A DNA stretch of 64,000 bases from Alphaproteobacteria bacterium (GCA_965205265.1 CBDBGH010000003.1:3520001-3584000); one strand, 5' to 3'. Shown: positions 20,800-31,749, counted from the first letter of the stretch. Translations and numbers: made by a program. The notes: generated from the letters alone by a model not told the origin.

Positions 20800-20890
20800 C
20801 TCACCCTGCGCCGGATCATCGACATGCACCCCCTGTCACGCATCGACGAACTCATGCCCTGGAACTTCGCCCCGACAATCCCGGGCCTCA
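20800..20890 (+). pseudogene. IS66 TnpC C-terminal scrap
   Basis: TLRRIIDMHPLSRIDELMPWNFAPTIP, close to the C-terminus of IS66-a. Confidence 0.7.
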
Positions 20891-22056
20891 TACCAGCGGC
20901 TGAGGTTTGAGACTCATTGGGGGATTCCCAAGGAGAGCGGCTTCTGCCTCAATGCCGATCCTGCGATTGGAGGGTCGGTATAAGGGCGGGGACCCCGTTG
21001 AGGGACGATTTCGATGCGGCGCAGTTGCGCGTCCTGGCTCAGCGGAGCCGGGACAGCGCGCAGACCTGCCGCCTGCTTGCGCTTGCGGTGATTTACGACG
21101 GTGATCGTCGTTCGGACGCGGCGCGCTTTGCGGGCGTGGGCTTGCAGATCATCCGGGACTGGGTTCTTCGCTTCAATGCGGAAGGCCCGAAGGGTTTGAA
21201 GGATCGCAAGGCGTCGGGTCCGCCGCGCAAGCTGAGCGCGGCGCAGCGCGCGGCGCTGGCGGCGATCGTGGAGAGCGGTCCGGATCCGGCGATCCACGGC
21301 GTGGTGCGCTGGCGGCGCTGCGACCTGGCGGCATGGCTCAAGGAGCAGTTCGGCGTCTCCCTGGCGGAGACAACAGTCGGGCGGGAGCTGCGCCGGATGG
21401 GCTACGCGAAGCTCTCCGCGCGCCCGCGCCACTATGCCCAGGACGAAGCCGCTCTGGCGGCGTTCAAAAAAAGTTCCCGGACCGCCTGAGGGAGATACGC
21501 GCCACGCTGGACGACGGCGTCGAGGTCGAGGTCTGGTGGCAGGACGAGGCCCGTGTCGGGCAGAAGAACAAGATCACCCGGCGCTGGGCCAAACGCGGCA
21601 CCAGACCGTCAGCACCCAAGGACCAGAGGACGACCTCCGCCTATATCTTCGGCGCCATCTGTCCGAACAAAGGCAAGGTGGCCGCGCTCGTCATGCCCCA
21701 CGCCAACACGGACGCGCTCAACGCCCATCTCACCGAAATCAGCCTCGCCGTCGAACCCGGCGCCCATGCCGTCGTCATGCTCGATCAGGCCGGATGGCAC
21801 ACCTCCTCGACCCTCAAAGTGCCCGGCAATATCACACTCATGCCGCTCCCACCCCGGTCGCCCGAACTCAATCCCGTCGAGAACGTCTGGCAGTTCATGC
21901 GCGAAAACTGGCTCTCCAACCGCGTCTTCAAAAGCTACGACCATATCCTCGATCACTGCTGCCAAGCCTGGAACAATCTTGTCTCACAACCCGCGCGCAT
22001 CGCCTCCATCGGAACCCGAAAATGGGCCAATGGGTTCTAAACAGTGCCCGATGGTA
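20891..22056 (+). mobile_element. IS630-family element with transposase split by a -1 frameshift site
   Basis: IRs TACCAGCGG / CCGATGGTA followed by TA; orfA to 21489 and orfB to 22040 joined at A7G (21466-21473); WQDEAR, DQAGWH, SPELNPVE; expected start codon reads ATA. Confidence 0.88.
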
Positions 22057-22058
22057 TA

Positions 22059-22203
22059 CATCCGTGGCCGCGCCAGGATGAAGACCCGCGTCGGGCTCGC
22101 GCTGGCCGTGATGATGGCAATGGCCCTCGCTCAGGCCCGCACCAACCGCCCCGAGCGGATGCGCTCCCTGGTCGGCCCCGTGCCCTGGCGCGACACCGGC
22201 TGA
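22059..22203 (+). pseudogene. Probable DDE transposase C-terminal fragment
   Basis: YIRGRARMKTRVGLALAVMMAMAL resembles the YxRG...K signature of IS4/IS5-like C-termini. Confidence 0.35.
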
Positions 22204-22428
22204 CCTCTGCCCCACCTCCCGACAGCCCCGCTCAACCGCGCCGCCCACCGGCCAGGGAAAAACCACGCCCGCAAACCCGATAACCTCCCGGTAATGTGCC
22301 GGTCAGGCCCCGAAAGCCCGCATCCTCACCGATCACGGAGACGGGAAGGACCATATCCGACCCCCAAAATCGACGCCCCCACCGCGAAAAATCACCACAG
22401 CGCACATCCCGGTGACGTAAGAATTTAT

Positions 22429-24123
22429 CCTAAATCCGGCGGTTGGAAGGCGTGATCGCCCTCTCGGCGCGGTTGGAATGGTCGATTTCGGGTTCGATTT
22501 CAGCACGCTGGCGCGGCCCGAGGGGGCGGCAGCCAGGGCTGATGGCCCGGCTCGCGGCCACGGAGGTATTTTTTGAGCGCTTCGGCGAGGATCCGGCGCC
22601 AGCGATCCTCGGCGCTCAACTGCTCCGCACTTTGCATCAGGGTCCGGAAGAAGCCGGCGATCCGCCGTAGAGCCGCGACCACCGTCTGCCTGCGCCCGTG
22701 GTGGGAGGTCACCGTCAGCCGGGTCTGGCCGGCATGACGGGTCTGGCGGGCGATGCCGTGCAACAGCAGCGGCCGGCTGGTGATCGCCTCGCGGTGGCGC
22801 TCGGGATCGGCGAGGCGGACGAACAGGCTCCACCAGTTGTAGATGAGCGCGATCAGCCGGGCCATGTGGCGGCAGCGCGTCAGGTCGCGCGTGGTGAAGC
22901 CGCCCCAGCCCCACTGGTTCTTCAGCTCATCGAAGCCGTTCTCCGCGTCGGCCCGGTCGCGGTAGAGCTGGGCCACAGAACGCACTTCGAGGTCGAGCGA
23001 GGTGGCCAGAACCGCGAACTCCCATACCCCGGTGCCGGGCTGCGCCTCGGTCCAGAACAGCTCGCCCTGGGCGGTGTCGCCGCGCGTCAGCGCCAGTGTC
23101 GCCGGAAGCCGGCGGCGCAGTACCACGACCCGGCGCAACCGGCTCCAGCCCTGCAAGCGCAGATCGGCCCCGATCCCCTGCCAGCCCTGGCCCGCATCCT
23201 CCCAGCCGTCCCGCGCCATCTGCCGCTCGGCAAGCCGGCGCGCGCCCCTGGTCAGGCGCAGCTTGAACAGATAGTCCAGACCCGCCGCCTCGCACGACGC
23301 CATGTTGCCCTTGCTGCCCCAGCCCTTGTCGCCCCGCACCAGGCGCGGCCAGCGATCCCGACCAAGACGGTCGAGCAAGGCCCACAGGGACGGTGCCGCC
23401 CGGTTCGAGCGGTGATGGTTGCCCGGCGCCACCTCGACATCCAGAACCAGCCGCGTGCCCGCCATCAGGAACGCATGGCAGGCGTGCGAGGGACGGCCCG
23501 GCTTCTTCGGGTTGTAGCTCACCACCGCCCCCTCCCGGTGGCCGTAGAGCGGCTTGATCGTCGTGTCGCAGTCCAGAACCCAAGGCTCGCTCAGCAGCGG
23601 GCGGACCGTGTCGTCGAGATGGCCCTGAAGCCGCGTTGTGCCCTCATCCGCCCCGATCCGCTCCAGACCGCGCCGGACCGAATCCTCGCTCGCGACCTTG
23701 CCCATCCCCAACAGCGCCGGGTTCACCCCGTCCCCGCGCAGCGCCGTGATGTGCGCATAGCCAGACTGGCCCGCGAGGATCGACAGCAGCACCGTCCCCA
23801 GAACGTCCCGCTTCAACGGCGCGTTCGGGCTCGTGTAGACGAGCGGGCAGTCCGCCACCAGCGCCTCGAAGCGACCGCTCACCTTCAGATATTCCGCGAA
23901 GAACGCCAGATGACCCAGCGGCGTCACCGCCGCATCCGGATCCCATTCGACATGAACCGTGCCGCCGAAGGTGTCCACCTTCACGGCCTCGCGTGCGAGG
24001 TCCCGCACAACCCCAGAACCCTCACCCGCAGGGTGAACCTCCCGGGGCTCTTCAAATCCGCTCATACCCGCAGTCTACAAGGGCCACGGCGAATCCAGAC
24101 CCCGATCAACTGCCGGATTTAGG
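22429..24123 (-). mobile_element. IS1380-family element (transposase 22500-24065) inserted in the left IR of IS256
   Basis: IRs CCTAAATCCGGC / GCCGGATTTAGG; 5-bp TSD TTTAT; LDCDTTIK, RGDKGW, YRDRADAENGFDELK. Confidence 0.9.
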
Positions 24124-24189
24124 TTTATGTGTCAGGCGGGAAGGGGGTACTCCCTGTGGTGATGACAACCACAAGCAGGAGCACCCCGC

Positions 24190-25383
24190 ATGTCCCAGCA
24201 AGCTGCGACGATCATGAGCCTACCGCAGGCGTTTGAGGTGGTGAAGGAGATGCAGGCAGACGGACTGGAGTGGGGCGAGGGTTATCGCCCGCTCGGGCGC
24301 CAGGCGCTGGCCGAGATCATCGAAGGTCGGATGGCCGAGGCGGTGGATCGCTGGCTCGACAACCTCGACGCCGGCGCGCTGCGCGACCGGCGCAACGGCA
24401 CCTACCGGCGCTGTCTGCTGAGCGAGCTTGGCGACATCGAGCTCAACGTGCCGCGCACCCGGCACTTCTGCCCGACCGGGGTTCTGAAGAGCTATGCAAG
24501 GCGCGCACCGGAGATCGACCGCGCCATCCTGGCCGGCTTCGTACTGGGGCTCTCGACGCGCAAGGTCGGCGAGGTCCTGCTCGCCCTGCTCGGACGCCCG
24601 GTCTCGGCTGCGACGGTGAGCCGGGTCGCCAGGACGCTCGACATGGCGGTCGCGGCCTTCCACCGCAGGCCGCTGAAGAACACCTACAAGGCGCTGATGC
24701 TCGACGGCGTGGTGCTGACCCGCAAGACCGGCGCCGGCGCGCTCAGGAGGCCGGTCCTGGTGGCGCTGGGCATCCGGCACGACGGCAGGAAGGAGATCAT
24801 CGACTTCCAGCTCGCCGGCAGCGAGAGCGCCGCGGAGTGGGAGCGCTTCCTCACCGCGCTGCACCGCCGCGGGCTCACCGGCGAGGGCCTCGAGATGATC
24901 TGCGTCGATGGCGGCAAGGGCCTGCTGGCCGCCTTGCCCTTCGTCTATCACGCCATCCCGGTCCAGAGGTGCTGGGCGCACAAGATGCGCAACATCCTCA
25001 ACAGGGTCCGCAAGGCCGACCAGGAGGCCGTCAAGGCCGATGTCCACGCCGTCATGAATGCCCCTAACCGCCGCAAGGCCCAGAGCGCCGCGCGGCGCTT
25101 CGCCGACCGCTGGCAGGGCACCTACCCCAAGGCCGTCGACTGCCTGCGCAACGATCTCGACGATCTGCTCACATGCTTCCGCTACAACACCCTTGACGAG
25201 CGAAAGCAGGTCAGGACCACCAACGCCATCGAACGAAGGTTCCGGGAGGTCCGCAGAAGAACACGGCCCATGGGAACCTTCCAGGATCGAACCTCAATGG
25301 ACCGCGTCCTCTACGCGGTCTTCATTCACGAAAACAAATCTCAGGGAATCACTACCCCTCTCTCCCTGACACATAACTCTTGA
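24190..25383 (+). CDS. IS256 (Mutator) transposase
   Basis: RNG.Y.R, GLSTRKV, LMLDG, CVDGGKGL, QRCWAHKMRN, RTTNAIER. Confidence 0.93.
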   Translation: MSQQAATIMSLPQAFEVVKEMQADGLEWGEGYRPLGRQALAEIIEGRMAEAVDRWLDNLDAGALRDRRNGTYRRCLLSELGDIELNVPRTRHFCPTGVLKSYARRAPEIDRAILAGFVLGLSTRKVGEVLLALLGRPVSAATVSRVARTLDMAVAAFHRRPLKNTYKALMLDGVVLTRKTGAGALRRPVLVALGIRHDGRKEIIDFQLAGSESAAEWERFLTALHRRGLTGEGLEMICVDGGKGLLAALPFVYHAIPVQRCWAHKMRNILNRVRKADQEAVKADVHAVMNAPNRRKAQSAARRFADRWQGTYPKAVDCLRNDLDDLLTCFRYNTLDERKQVRTTNAIERRFREVRRRTRPMGTFQDRTSMDRVLYAVFIHENKSQGITTPLSLTHNS

Positions 25384-25501
25384 CGTTACCGGACACATCC
25401 CTGCGTGTTGGAGTCCCGATTACAAATGATGTAAAATACGCATAGGTTGGATTGCGATCCTCCTGTATTGGTACTCATTGTGGACAGTCCTGGTGCAAAG
25501 C

Positions 25502-25702
25502 ATGCCACAGAAGGAGCCGCTAATCCGCGTAACGGTCAGCTTGGATTCCAAGGACTATGCGGAACTGGGCACCCTATCCGAGCAGACCGAAATTTCACGA
25601 TCCTGGCTGATCCGGCAAGCGATCAGAGACTTGCTTGAGCGATGCCGGGATCGGGATCAGCCGGAACTTCCGCTGTGGCTGGCTCAACGGAAGAGCAGGT
25701 AG
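25502..25702 (+). CDS. CopG/ribbon-helix-helix regulator heading the methylase-nuclease operon
   Basis: RVTVSL strand followed by SRSWLIRQAIRDLL helix; abuts the next ORF. Confidence 0.75.
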   Translation: MPQKEPLIRVTVSLDSKDYAELGTLSEQTEISRSWLIRQAIRDLLERCRDRDQPELPLWLAQRKSR

Positions 25703-27910
25703 TTGGCGGCCTTGGGGGAGACGAACGAAATGGGGCCGCCGGAGTCGGCTGCCGTCCCGCCGGACCTGCCGCCGGCTGTAGTCGCACCCTTGGCGCAGCG
25801 CCATCGGTTTGCGGTTCCTGGGCGTGGACACGTCTTGACGACCGTTTCCGAGGAGCACGGACGTCCGGTGCGCGCGGCCGTCGCGGTGCTTGCGGCTGCG
25901 CTTGAGGACGAGGATTGCGCGAGGGTCCATCGATCCATTTTGTCCCGGCGCATTCGTGAGCCTGGGGCATGGGTTGTTCGGTCCCATTCCGAATTGCTGG
26001 CCTGGACCCTTGTCTCGGCGTGGCTCACGGGCTTTGCGACGGGCCGGATCGCACAAGGCGCCGGGATAGAAGAGGGGGTTCTGTGGTTCTTCGACGGGGC
26101 TTCGGATGTCGATCCGGCGGGGTTGGTTCCCATGCGTGCGGCGGCGCGGGTCGATGAGGCGCTTGCTGCATGCGGAGATGCGCTCGCCTATCTTGAGTTG
26201 CTGCCATATGTGCTTGATCCGCATGGCCCGGGCAGCCGTCTGAGTGTCCGACGTGATGCGGGGACCCGAAGCGCTCGCGACCGGAAGCGCGCCGAAGGGG
26301 TCTATTACACGCCTGCCGACGTGGCGGGCTTCATGGTGCGGGGATGCGTGGAAGGGCTCGTCGAGCGAGACTGCCCGCCAGCGTTCCTCGACCCGGCCTG
26401 CGGCACGGCGGTCTTCCTGCGCGCCGCGCTCGCGGCGCTCAAGTCGGGTTGGCCGGATCGTGATGCACGATGGCTTGCCGAGCGATGTCTCTACGGTACG
26501 GACATTGACCCCTGGGCACTCGATGCTGCGGCGTTCGTTATCCTCGCCGATTGCCTGAACGCTGGTGGGAGCGACGATGGTTCGCCGCTGTTGCTGTGGC
26601 ATCGGCTGCGTCTCAATCTTGCCCGTGTCGATGCGTTGCGGCTCGATCCCGCGGATGGGGAAATGCACGCGGCGTCGGACTCCGGGGGCGGGATCGTCGC
26701 TGCGCTGGCGTCGGGGCAGTTGCCTACGGCGGATGAAGGGAGTGTATTCGAGGATCGGGTTCGTCTTTCCCGGCTCTTCTCGAACATGCCGGCCACCGGG
26801 GTCGTCATCGTAGGGAATCCACCCTATTCGAGCGTGGGAGAGCGCGAAGACCTCCATACTCTGAGAAGGACATTCTCCAGCCTTGGGGCGACGGGCAGCG
26901 CGTCGTCGGAGATCTATCCGCTATTCGTGGAGCAAATGGTACGGCTCGCGGAAGGCAAGCAGGCTGCGGGGACGCTGGTACTACCGATGTCGCTGGCCAG
27001 CAATGTAGGTAATCAGTTCGCCAATACCCGGTCCCTGATGGGGAATACTCCCGGAAGGTGGCGATTCGCATTCTTCGACCGGGAGCCGCACGCGCTGTTT
27101 GGCGAAGACGTCAAGACGCGCAACTCCATCATCTTCTGGCATCGAGACGGGAAGGAGTGCGGGACCGAGATCGAATCCGGCCCGCTGCAAAAATGGCGCG
27201 GTGACCGCCGGGCCTCCATGTTCGCCGCGATCCGATTTACCCCGGTGGCCGGAACAATCCGCTCCGGCATCCCAAAGATTGACGGCACATGCCAGGCGCG
27301 TGCCTTCGAGTTGCTCGCCGCACGATGGGAGCGGTTCGATCACGCTTGCGCGGAGATACGTCGCATGCCGCTGGCGTGTGTCCTGAGACGCGACGAAGAA
27401 GCGGTGTTCGTGGGTGCAACGGCCTACAATTTCCTGAACGTCTTCCTGAAACCGCCGCCGGGAGTGCTGGACGGGGCGCCGGCGCTCTCCGAGCACCCTC
27501 TGCATGTGATGCAGTTCTCGAATCGGGAAGACGCTGCTGCCGCATTCGCCGTGCTATCGAGCCATCTCGCCTATTGGTGGTGGCTCAGCACACAGGACGG
27601 CTTTCATGTGACCGGGCGCTTTCTCGCCGGCCTGCCCTTCGGTGCCGATGCCTTGTCCGGTACCGCGCGCTCTGCCTTGGCGGCCTGCGGGGAGAGGCTT
27701 TGGTCGCTCATGCGCGCATATCCGATCATCAGCCTCAACCGGGGCCGGTCATCGCTAGCCTATTCGCCGAACGGCTTCGACGAAGAGCGCAGCCAAATTG
27801 ATCGGATCCTGGCTGGGCTGGCCGGGCTCGAACCGGCCTTCGCCATCGAATTGCAGCACTTTACGGCCTGTGCCGTTCGGGCCGAACCACGTTCGGCTCC
27901 CAACACGTAA
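25703..27910 (+). CDS. N6-adenine DNA methyltransferase (gamma class, Eco57I/TaqI-like)
   Basis: GVYYTP, LDPACGTAVFL, YGTDID, VGNPPY, YPLFVE; no evident nuclease motif. Confidence 0.85.
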   Translation: MAALGETNEMGPPESAAVPPDLPPAVVAPLAQRHRFAVPGRGHVLTTVSEEHGRPVRAAVAVLAAALEDEDCARVHRSILSRRIREPGAWVVRSHSELLAWTLVSAWLTGFATGRIAQGAGIEEGVLWFFDGASDVDPAGLVPMRAAARVDEALAACGDALAYLELLPYVLDPHGPGSRLSVRRDAGTRSARDRKRAEGVYYTPADVAGFMVRGCVEGLVERDCPPAFLDPACGTAVFLRAALAALKSGWPDRDARWLAERCLYGTDIDPWALDAAAFVILADCLNAGGSDDGSPLLLWHRLRLNLARVDALRLDPADGEMHAASDSGGGIVAALASGQLPTADEGSVFEDRVRLSRLFSNMPATGVVIVGNPPYSSVGEREDLHTLRRTFSSLGATGSASSEIYPLFVEQMVRLAEGKQAAGTLVLPMSLASNVGNQFANTRSLMGNTPGRWRFAFFDREPHALFGEDVKTRNSIIFWHRDGKECGTEIESGPLQKWRGDRRASMFAAIRFTPVAGTIRSGIPKIDGTCQARAFELLAARWERFDHACAEIRRMPLACVLRRDEEAVFVGATAYNFLNVFLKPPPGVLDGAPALSEHPLHVMQFSNREDAAAAFAVLSSHLAYWWWLSTQDGFHVTGRFLAGLPFGADALSGTARSALAACGERLWSLMRAYPIISLNRGRSSLAYSPNGFDEERSQIDRILAGLAGLEPAFAIELQHFTACAVRAEPRSAPNT

Positions 27911-27927
27911 CGTCGCGAGGAAGGCAG

Positions 27928-28848
27928 ATGACCGTTCGTATTGATCCGGCTGTAAAGGAAAGGAGCAGGATCACCAAGGAGGAGTGGCGGGAATACACGA
28001 AGACGGTCTGGACGATCGCGAATACCCGACGCGACGATCATCCCGCGGTGTTCCCCGACGAAATTCCGCACCGCCTGATAAAGCTGTTCAGCTTCTACGG
28101 GGAAACAGTCCTCGACCCCTTCGCAGGGACGGGCACGACTGCTCGCGCCGCTATCCCGTTGGGACGGCGCGCGGCCTGCGTCGACCAGAACGGCGACTAC
28201 ATCCAGACGATCAGGAAGGAATGCCGCAAGCTGCATAACGGCCACGATCCGGACGTAGAACCTCTCCAGGTCGTACACGGCGACAGCCGCAACATGGAGT
28301 TCATGCCGGACGATAGCGTGGGATTGATCGTCACCAGCCCTCCGTACTGGGACAAGGCGAATTACGGCAAGAGCAGGACGAACCTCGGTAACAGAGAAAA
28401 CTACGTCGACTTCCTGACCTCGCTGCGGCCCGTGTTCCAGGAATGCCTCCGAGTGCTCATGCCCGGGCGCAAGATTTGCGTGGTGACGGCCAACGTCAAT
28501 CAGTACACGGAGCATGGACTGCTGACTTTCCCCCTCGCCACGGACTTTGCGCTTCTGCTGCGCGAGCTGGGTTTCGTCATGGTCAACGAGATCATCTGGT
28601 CTAAGGACAGGTCGGGGGGCAAGTGGGGAAGCTACGGCGCTCAGCGCCCCATTTTCGGCAGCTATCCCTATCCTCCGAATTTCCTGTTCAAGAACGTGCA
28701 CGAGTATATCCTGATCTTCTCGAAACCCGGACTGACCAAGAAGAAGGGCGCGAAGGTACGGTGCTACGAGGACCTGATGGCGGGGTATGACTCAATTGGG
28801 AAGGCGCCGCGGCCGGGAGATGGAGGGACGGCCCGGTCTCTCCGATGA
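27928..28848 (+). CDS. Amino (probably N4-cytosine) DNA methyltransferase with SAM motif before the catalytic motif
   Basis: HPAVFP, VLDPFAGTGTT, then VTSPPY, IIWSK, HEYILIFSK. Confidence 0.88.
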   Translation: MTVRIDPAVKERSRITKEEWREYTKTVWTIANTRRDDHPAVFPDEIPHRLIKLFSFYGETVLDPFAGTGTTARAAIPLGRRAACVDQNGDYIQTIRKECRKLHNGHDPDVEPLQVVHGDSRNMEFMPDDSVGLIVTSPPYWDKANYGKSRTNLGNRENYVDFLTSLRPVFQECLRVLMPGRKICVVTANVNQYTEHGLLTFPLATDFALLLRELGFVMVNEIIWSKDRSGGKWGSYGAQRPIFGSYPYPPNFLFKNVHEYILIFSKPGLTKKKGAKVRCYEDLMAGYDSIGKAPRPGDGGTARSLR

Positions 28849-28881
28849 TCGATGGATGAGATGACGGCGAAGGCGTAGACA

Positions 28882-29994
28882 GTGCATCTCAGCGTCTTCA
28901 TTCAGGATCCGACCCATAGCGGGACGACCTATCTGTACGAGGCGATCCTCGCTGCCGCAGCGAGAGCGTCGGACTGGCGAGGACTGTATGCATTTGCGAC
29001 GCGCGACGGGGTCGATCACCTGATCGAGGACCAGGTGGTCCACGATCTCATGGACGGGGGAGGTGAGATCGACCTTGTCGTCGGGGTCGACGCGGTGACG
29101 AACCGGGCGACGCTTGAGCGAATGCAGGAACTCGAACGGCGCCACGCGAACTTTCGACCGAAGGTGTTCTGGAACGAACATCACGGGTTGTTTCATCCCA
29201 AGATTTCGGACTTCGGACTGAAAGACGGCGGAAGAATCCTGATCGTCGGGTCAGGGAACCTGACTCCGGGCGGACTCATGGGGAACTTCGAGGCCTATAC
29301 GGTCATAACTGCTGAGAGTGGGGACGGGATCGATATGGGCGCGATCGAGGAGTTCCTTGATCGCCATGGCGACAGCATCAGAATCATCGACGAGGAAGTG
29401 CTCCAACGGGCGGCCCGTAACCTCGTTCGTCCTATCGGAGGAGGAGGTCGCCGTGGCGTTCGCGTGCGTCGGGCGCGCGCGGCGCCGGGCGCACCCGGGG
29501 TCCGTGCTGCGACAGACTTCGAACGAATACTGCTCGCGCAAGTGCCGCGCGCTGGCGGCAGATGGGCCCAGGTTCACTTCAACGCCCAGGTGATCGGGGA
29601 CTATTTCCGCCTGAGGCGGTTTGAAACTGAGCGAGTTTATCTGACGCGTGTGTCCGCGAACGCCACGCGGAACGAAGTCGAGGTACGCCGCTGCGTCTTC
29701 AGCGCAGGTTCGAACAGGAATCACAAGATCGAAATCGGCGCCGCCAGACACCTTCCCTATCCCCAGGGAGGGCCCCCCTTGCTCGTCTTCCGGGAACGTC
29801 AACTGAGGACCTACGACTACATGCTGCTTATGCCCGGCGAGAATGGTTACGGTCCGGTTCTGGACCTGAGCAATCGCCTGCCGTCGCCAGGACGAGGATT
29901 TCCGCGCCCGGTCACTGACAGGGCTGAGCTGGGCCGCGCGTGGCCCGATTGTCCGCTGCTGCACATGCCTGAAGCTGACGACCAGGATCTGTGA
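28882..29994 (+). CDS. Phospholipase D-superfamily nuclease (BfiI/NgoFVII-like restriction endonuclease)
   Basis: AFAT...G, single HxK motif FHPK, VGSGNLT.GG...NFE; separate C-terminal domain. Confidence 0.8.
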   Translation: MHLSVFIQDPTHSGTTYLYEAILAAAARASDWRGLYAFATRDGVDHLIEDQVVHDLMDGGGEIDLVVGVDAVTNRATLERMQELERRHANFRPKVFWNEHHGLFHPKISDFGLKDGGRILIVGSGNLTPGGLMGNFEAYTVITAESGDGIDMGAIEEFLDRHGDSIRIIDEEVLQRAARNLVRPIGGGGRRGVRVRRARAAPGAPGVRAATDFERILLAQVPRAGGRWAQVHFNAQVIGDYFRLRRFETERVYLTRVSANATRNEVEVRRCVFSAGSNRNHKIEIGAARHLPYPQGGPPLLVFRERQLRTYDYMLLMPGENGYGPVLDLSNRLPSPGRGFPRPVTDRAELGRAWPDCPLLHMPEADDQDL

Positions 29995-30049
29995 GGTCGT
30001 GGCGGGCATTGCGCCGGAACCAGAGGGGTGCACGTCGTATTTGTGAGAT

Positions 30050-31432
30050 TCATGGTATTGCGCCGGCTCGTCGTTCCCAGAAGTCGTCGAAGCGATTGCT
30101 CTCGACGGCGCAGCGCAGGGCGATGATGGCGTTGGCGCCGTTGACGGTCCAGCGCATACCTCCCTGCTTGAGGCGGGCGCCGACGATGTTCTTGCAGCCG
30201 CCCTCGACCACGCCGCTGGCCACGCACAAGCCCATCGCGCGGAACTTCGGGTAGTTCATGCGCTCGCGGTTGTTGGAGAAGTACTCGGCGTTCTTCCGGG
30301 CGTTCTCGCAAGTTTCGGCATGGCCCTTGAGGGCGGCGATCACCTCGTCGACGCGGCCCTCGTCGAGTTCCTCGCGCCGCTTCCCGGCCCATCGCTCACC
30401 GATCTCGCTGCCGATCCCGTAGATCGCCTTGGCTGCGTCGAACAGGTGGCCCTTGGCATGGAAGATGTCGACGATCTGGATGGCGTCGGGGAAGTGCTCA
30501 TCGGCGAAGTTCCAGATCCACGGCGCGCCGTCGCCGAGGATGACCCGGCGCTCGGCCGTGTCGAAGCCGCGGCGTTCGGCCTCGCGGATGACACGCCGGG
30601 CGAAGGGCGCGGGCTCGGGGTCGAACTCGCGGGTGGCGATGGATTCGATGGCGGCGTTGTAGGTGGCGGAGCCGGGATCGCGCACCGGACGCCCCTCCCT
30701 GTCGACGGTCTCCGCCGACCACACGACGGCGAGCTTGGCCTCGCGGGTGCTGGCGGAGCCGTCGGGCTGCTTGCCCGCGCGGCCCTCGACCTCGGTCTTG
30801 CGCGCCGGCACGCCGGTGCCGTCGAGGCCGAGATAGAGGGTGGGGGCGTCGGACGGCTCGGGTTCGATCACGCGGCATTCGTCGCCTGCGATCTCTCGCC
30901 CGAGCGCCTCGGCATGGCGTTCGACCGTCTTCGGCGCGACAGCCAGGCCTGCCAGTTCGCGCAACAGGGCGCTGGAGCCCTCGAAGCTGGTACGGGCAGC
31001 AGCAACGCCGATCATGCGCAGCGCCGCCGGTGAGAGGAAAGTATCTTCCATGCCGAGGGTTCGATCACGCGGGCTGAAGCCGCGGTGGCAACGGTCGCAG
31101 TGATACCAGGCGCGCTCCAGCGTCAGAGGGCCGAGAGCGGTGGTGAAGGTCTTGGGCCGGCGGCCGGCGAAGCGCGCCTCGCCGCCGCACGCACACGACA
31201 GCCACGGTCCCCGGTTGTCGGAACGGTCGGCATTGAGCCTGTGGGCGACGGCCTGCCCCATGATCTGCAACGCAACCCGCCGCGCTTCGATCTCGATCGC
31301 CTGGAAGTCATCGACGACGCCCGCGCCGATCAGCCACTCGACCTCGGCCTCGACCTCCTCCGCGATCGCTGCGTCGAGACCCCCCTTTTTCCCGGCGCGG
31401 CCGGCTTGTCCGCGTCCAGCCTGGCATCGCAT
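30050..31432 (-). CDS. ISKra4 transposase catalytic ORF
   Basis: LDGTGVP, GDGAPWIW, DIFHAKGHL, SGVVEGGCK, RLKQGGMRW. Confidence 0.9.
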   Translation of the reverse strand: MRCQAGRGQAGRAGKKGGLDAAIAEEVEAEVEWLIGAGVVDDFQAIEIEARRVALQIMGQAVAHRLNADRSDNRGPWLSCACGGEARFAGRRPKTFTTALGPLTLERAWYHCDRCHRGFSPRDRTLGMEDTFLSPAALRMIGVAAARTSFEGSSALLRELAGLAVAPKTVERHAEALGREIAGDECRVIEPEPSDAPTLYLGLDGTGVPARKTEVEGRAGKQPDGSASTREAKLAVVWSAETVDREGRPVRDPGSATYNAAIESIATREFDPEPAPFARRVIREAERRGFDTAERRVILGDGAPWIWNFADEHFPDAIQIVDIFHAKGHLFDAAKAIYGIGSEIGERWAGKRREELDEGRVDEVIAALKGHAETCENARKNAEYFSNNRERMNYPKFRAMGLCVASGVVEGGCKNIVGARLKQGGMRWTVNGANAIIALRCAVESNRFDDFWERRAGAIP

Positions 31433-31749
31433 ATCCGGCCGCTGACCTCGACAAGCGCGCGCACCAGACCGCGAAGCCGCTGGTATTCCGCGATCTGCGC
31501 CCGCGTTCCCTCAATGGCGTCGGCGGGAACGGTGCGGCCGCGGGACTTCCCCGTCTCCCTGTCCGGCCAGGTCAACAACCAGTAGGGGCCATGCCCCTGC
31601 GCCCCCTCGACCGCGCAATGGCAGTTCGGTTTGCCGCACTTGCGGTACTGTGCCCTGAGCGAACCCTGACGGAGGTCGCCGATGCCCGCAATCTCCCGCA
31701 GCAGCTCGCCACGCTGTTCGACGAGGCCGTCGTGATCGGTCCTGGCCAT
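31330..31749 (-). CDS. ISKra4 upstream small ORF (DUF6788-like Cys/His motif)
   Basis: GSL...CGKPNCHC...HGPY; overlaps the transposase ORF at GGGAAAAAGGGGGG. Confidence 0.75.
   Translation of the reverse strand: MARTDHDGLVEQRGELLREIAGIGDLRQGSLRAQYRKCGKPNCHCAVEGAQGHGPYWLLTWPDRETGKSRGRTVPADAIEGTRAQIAEYQRLRGLVRALVEVSGRICDARLDADKPAAPGKRGVSTQRSRRRSRPRSSG

Larger units (their letters stand above)
22411..25390 (+). mobile_element. IS256-family element with interrupted left IR
   Basis: Rejoined left end GGTGACGTAAGAATTTATGTGTCAGG vs right end rc GGTAACGTCAAGAGTTATGTGTCAGG; CACATCCC near both ends. Confidence 0.8.
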
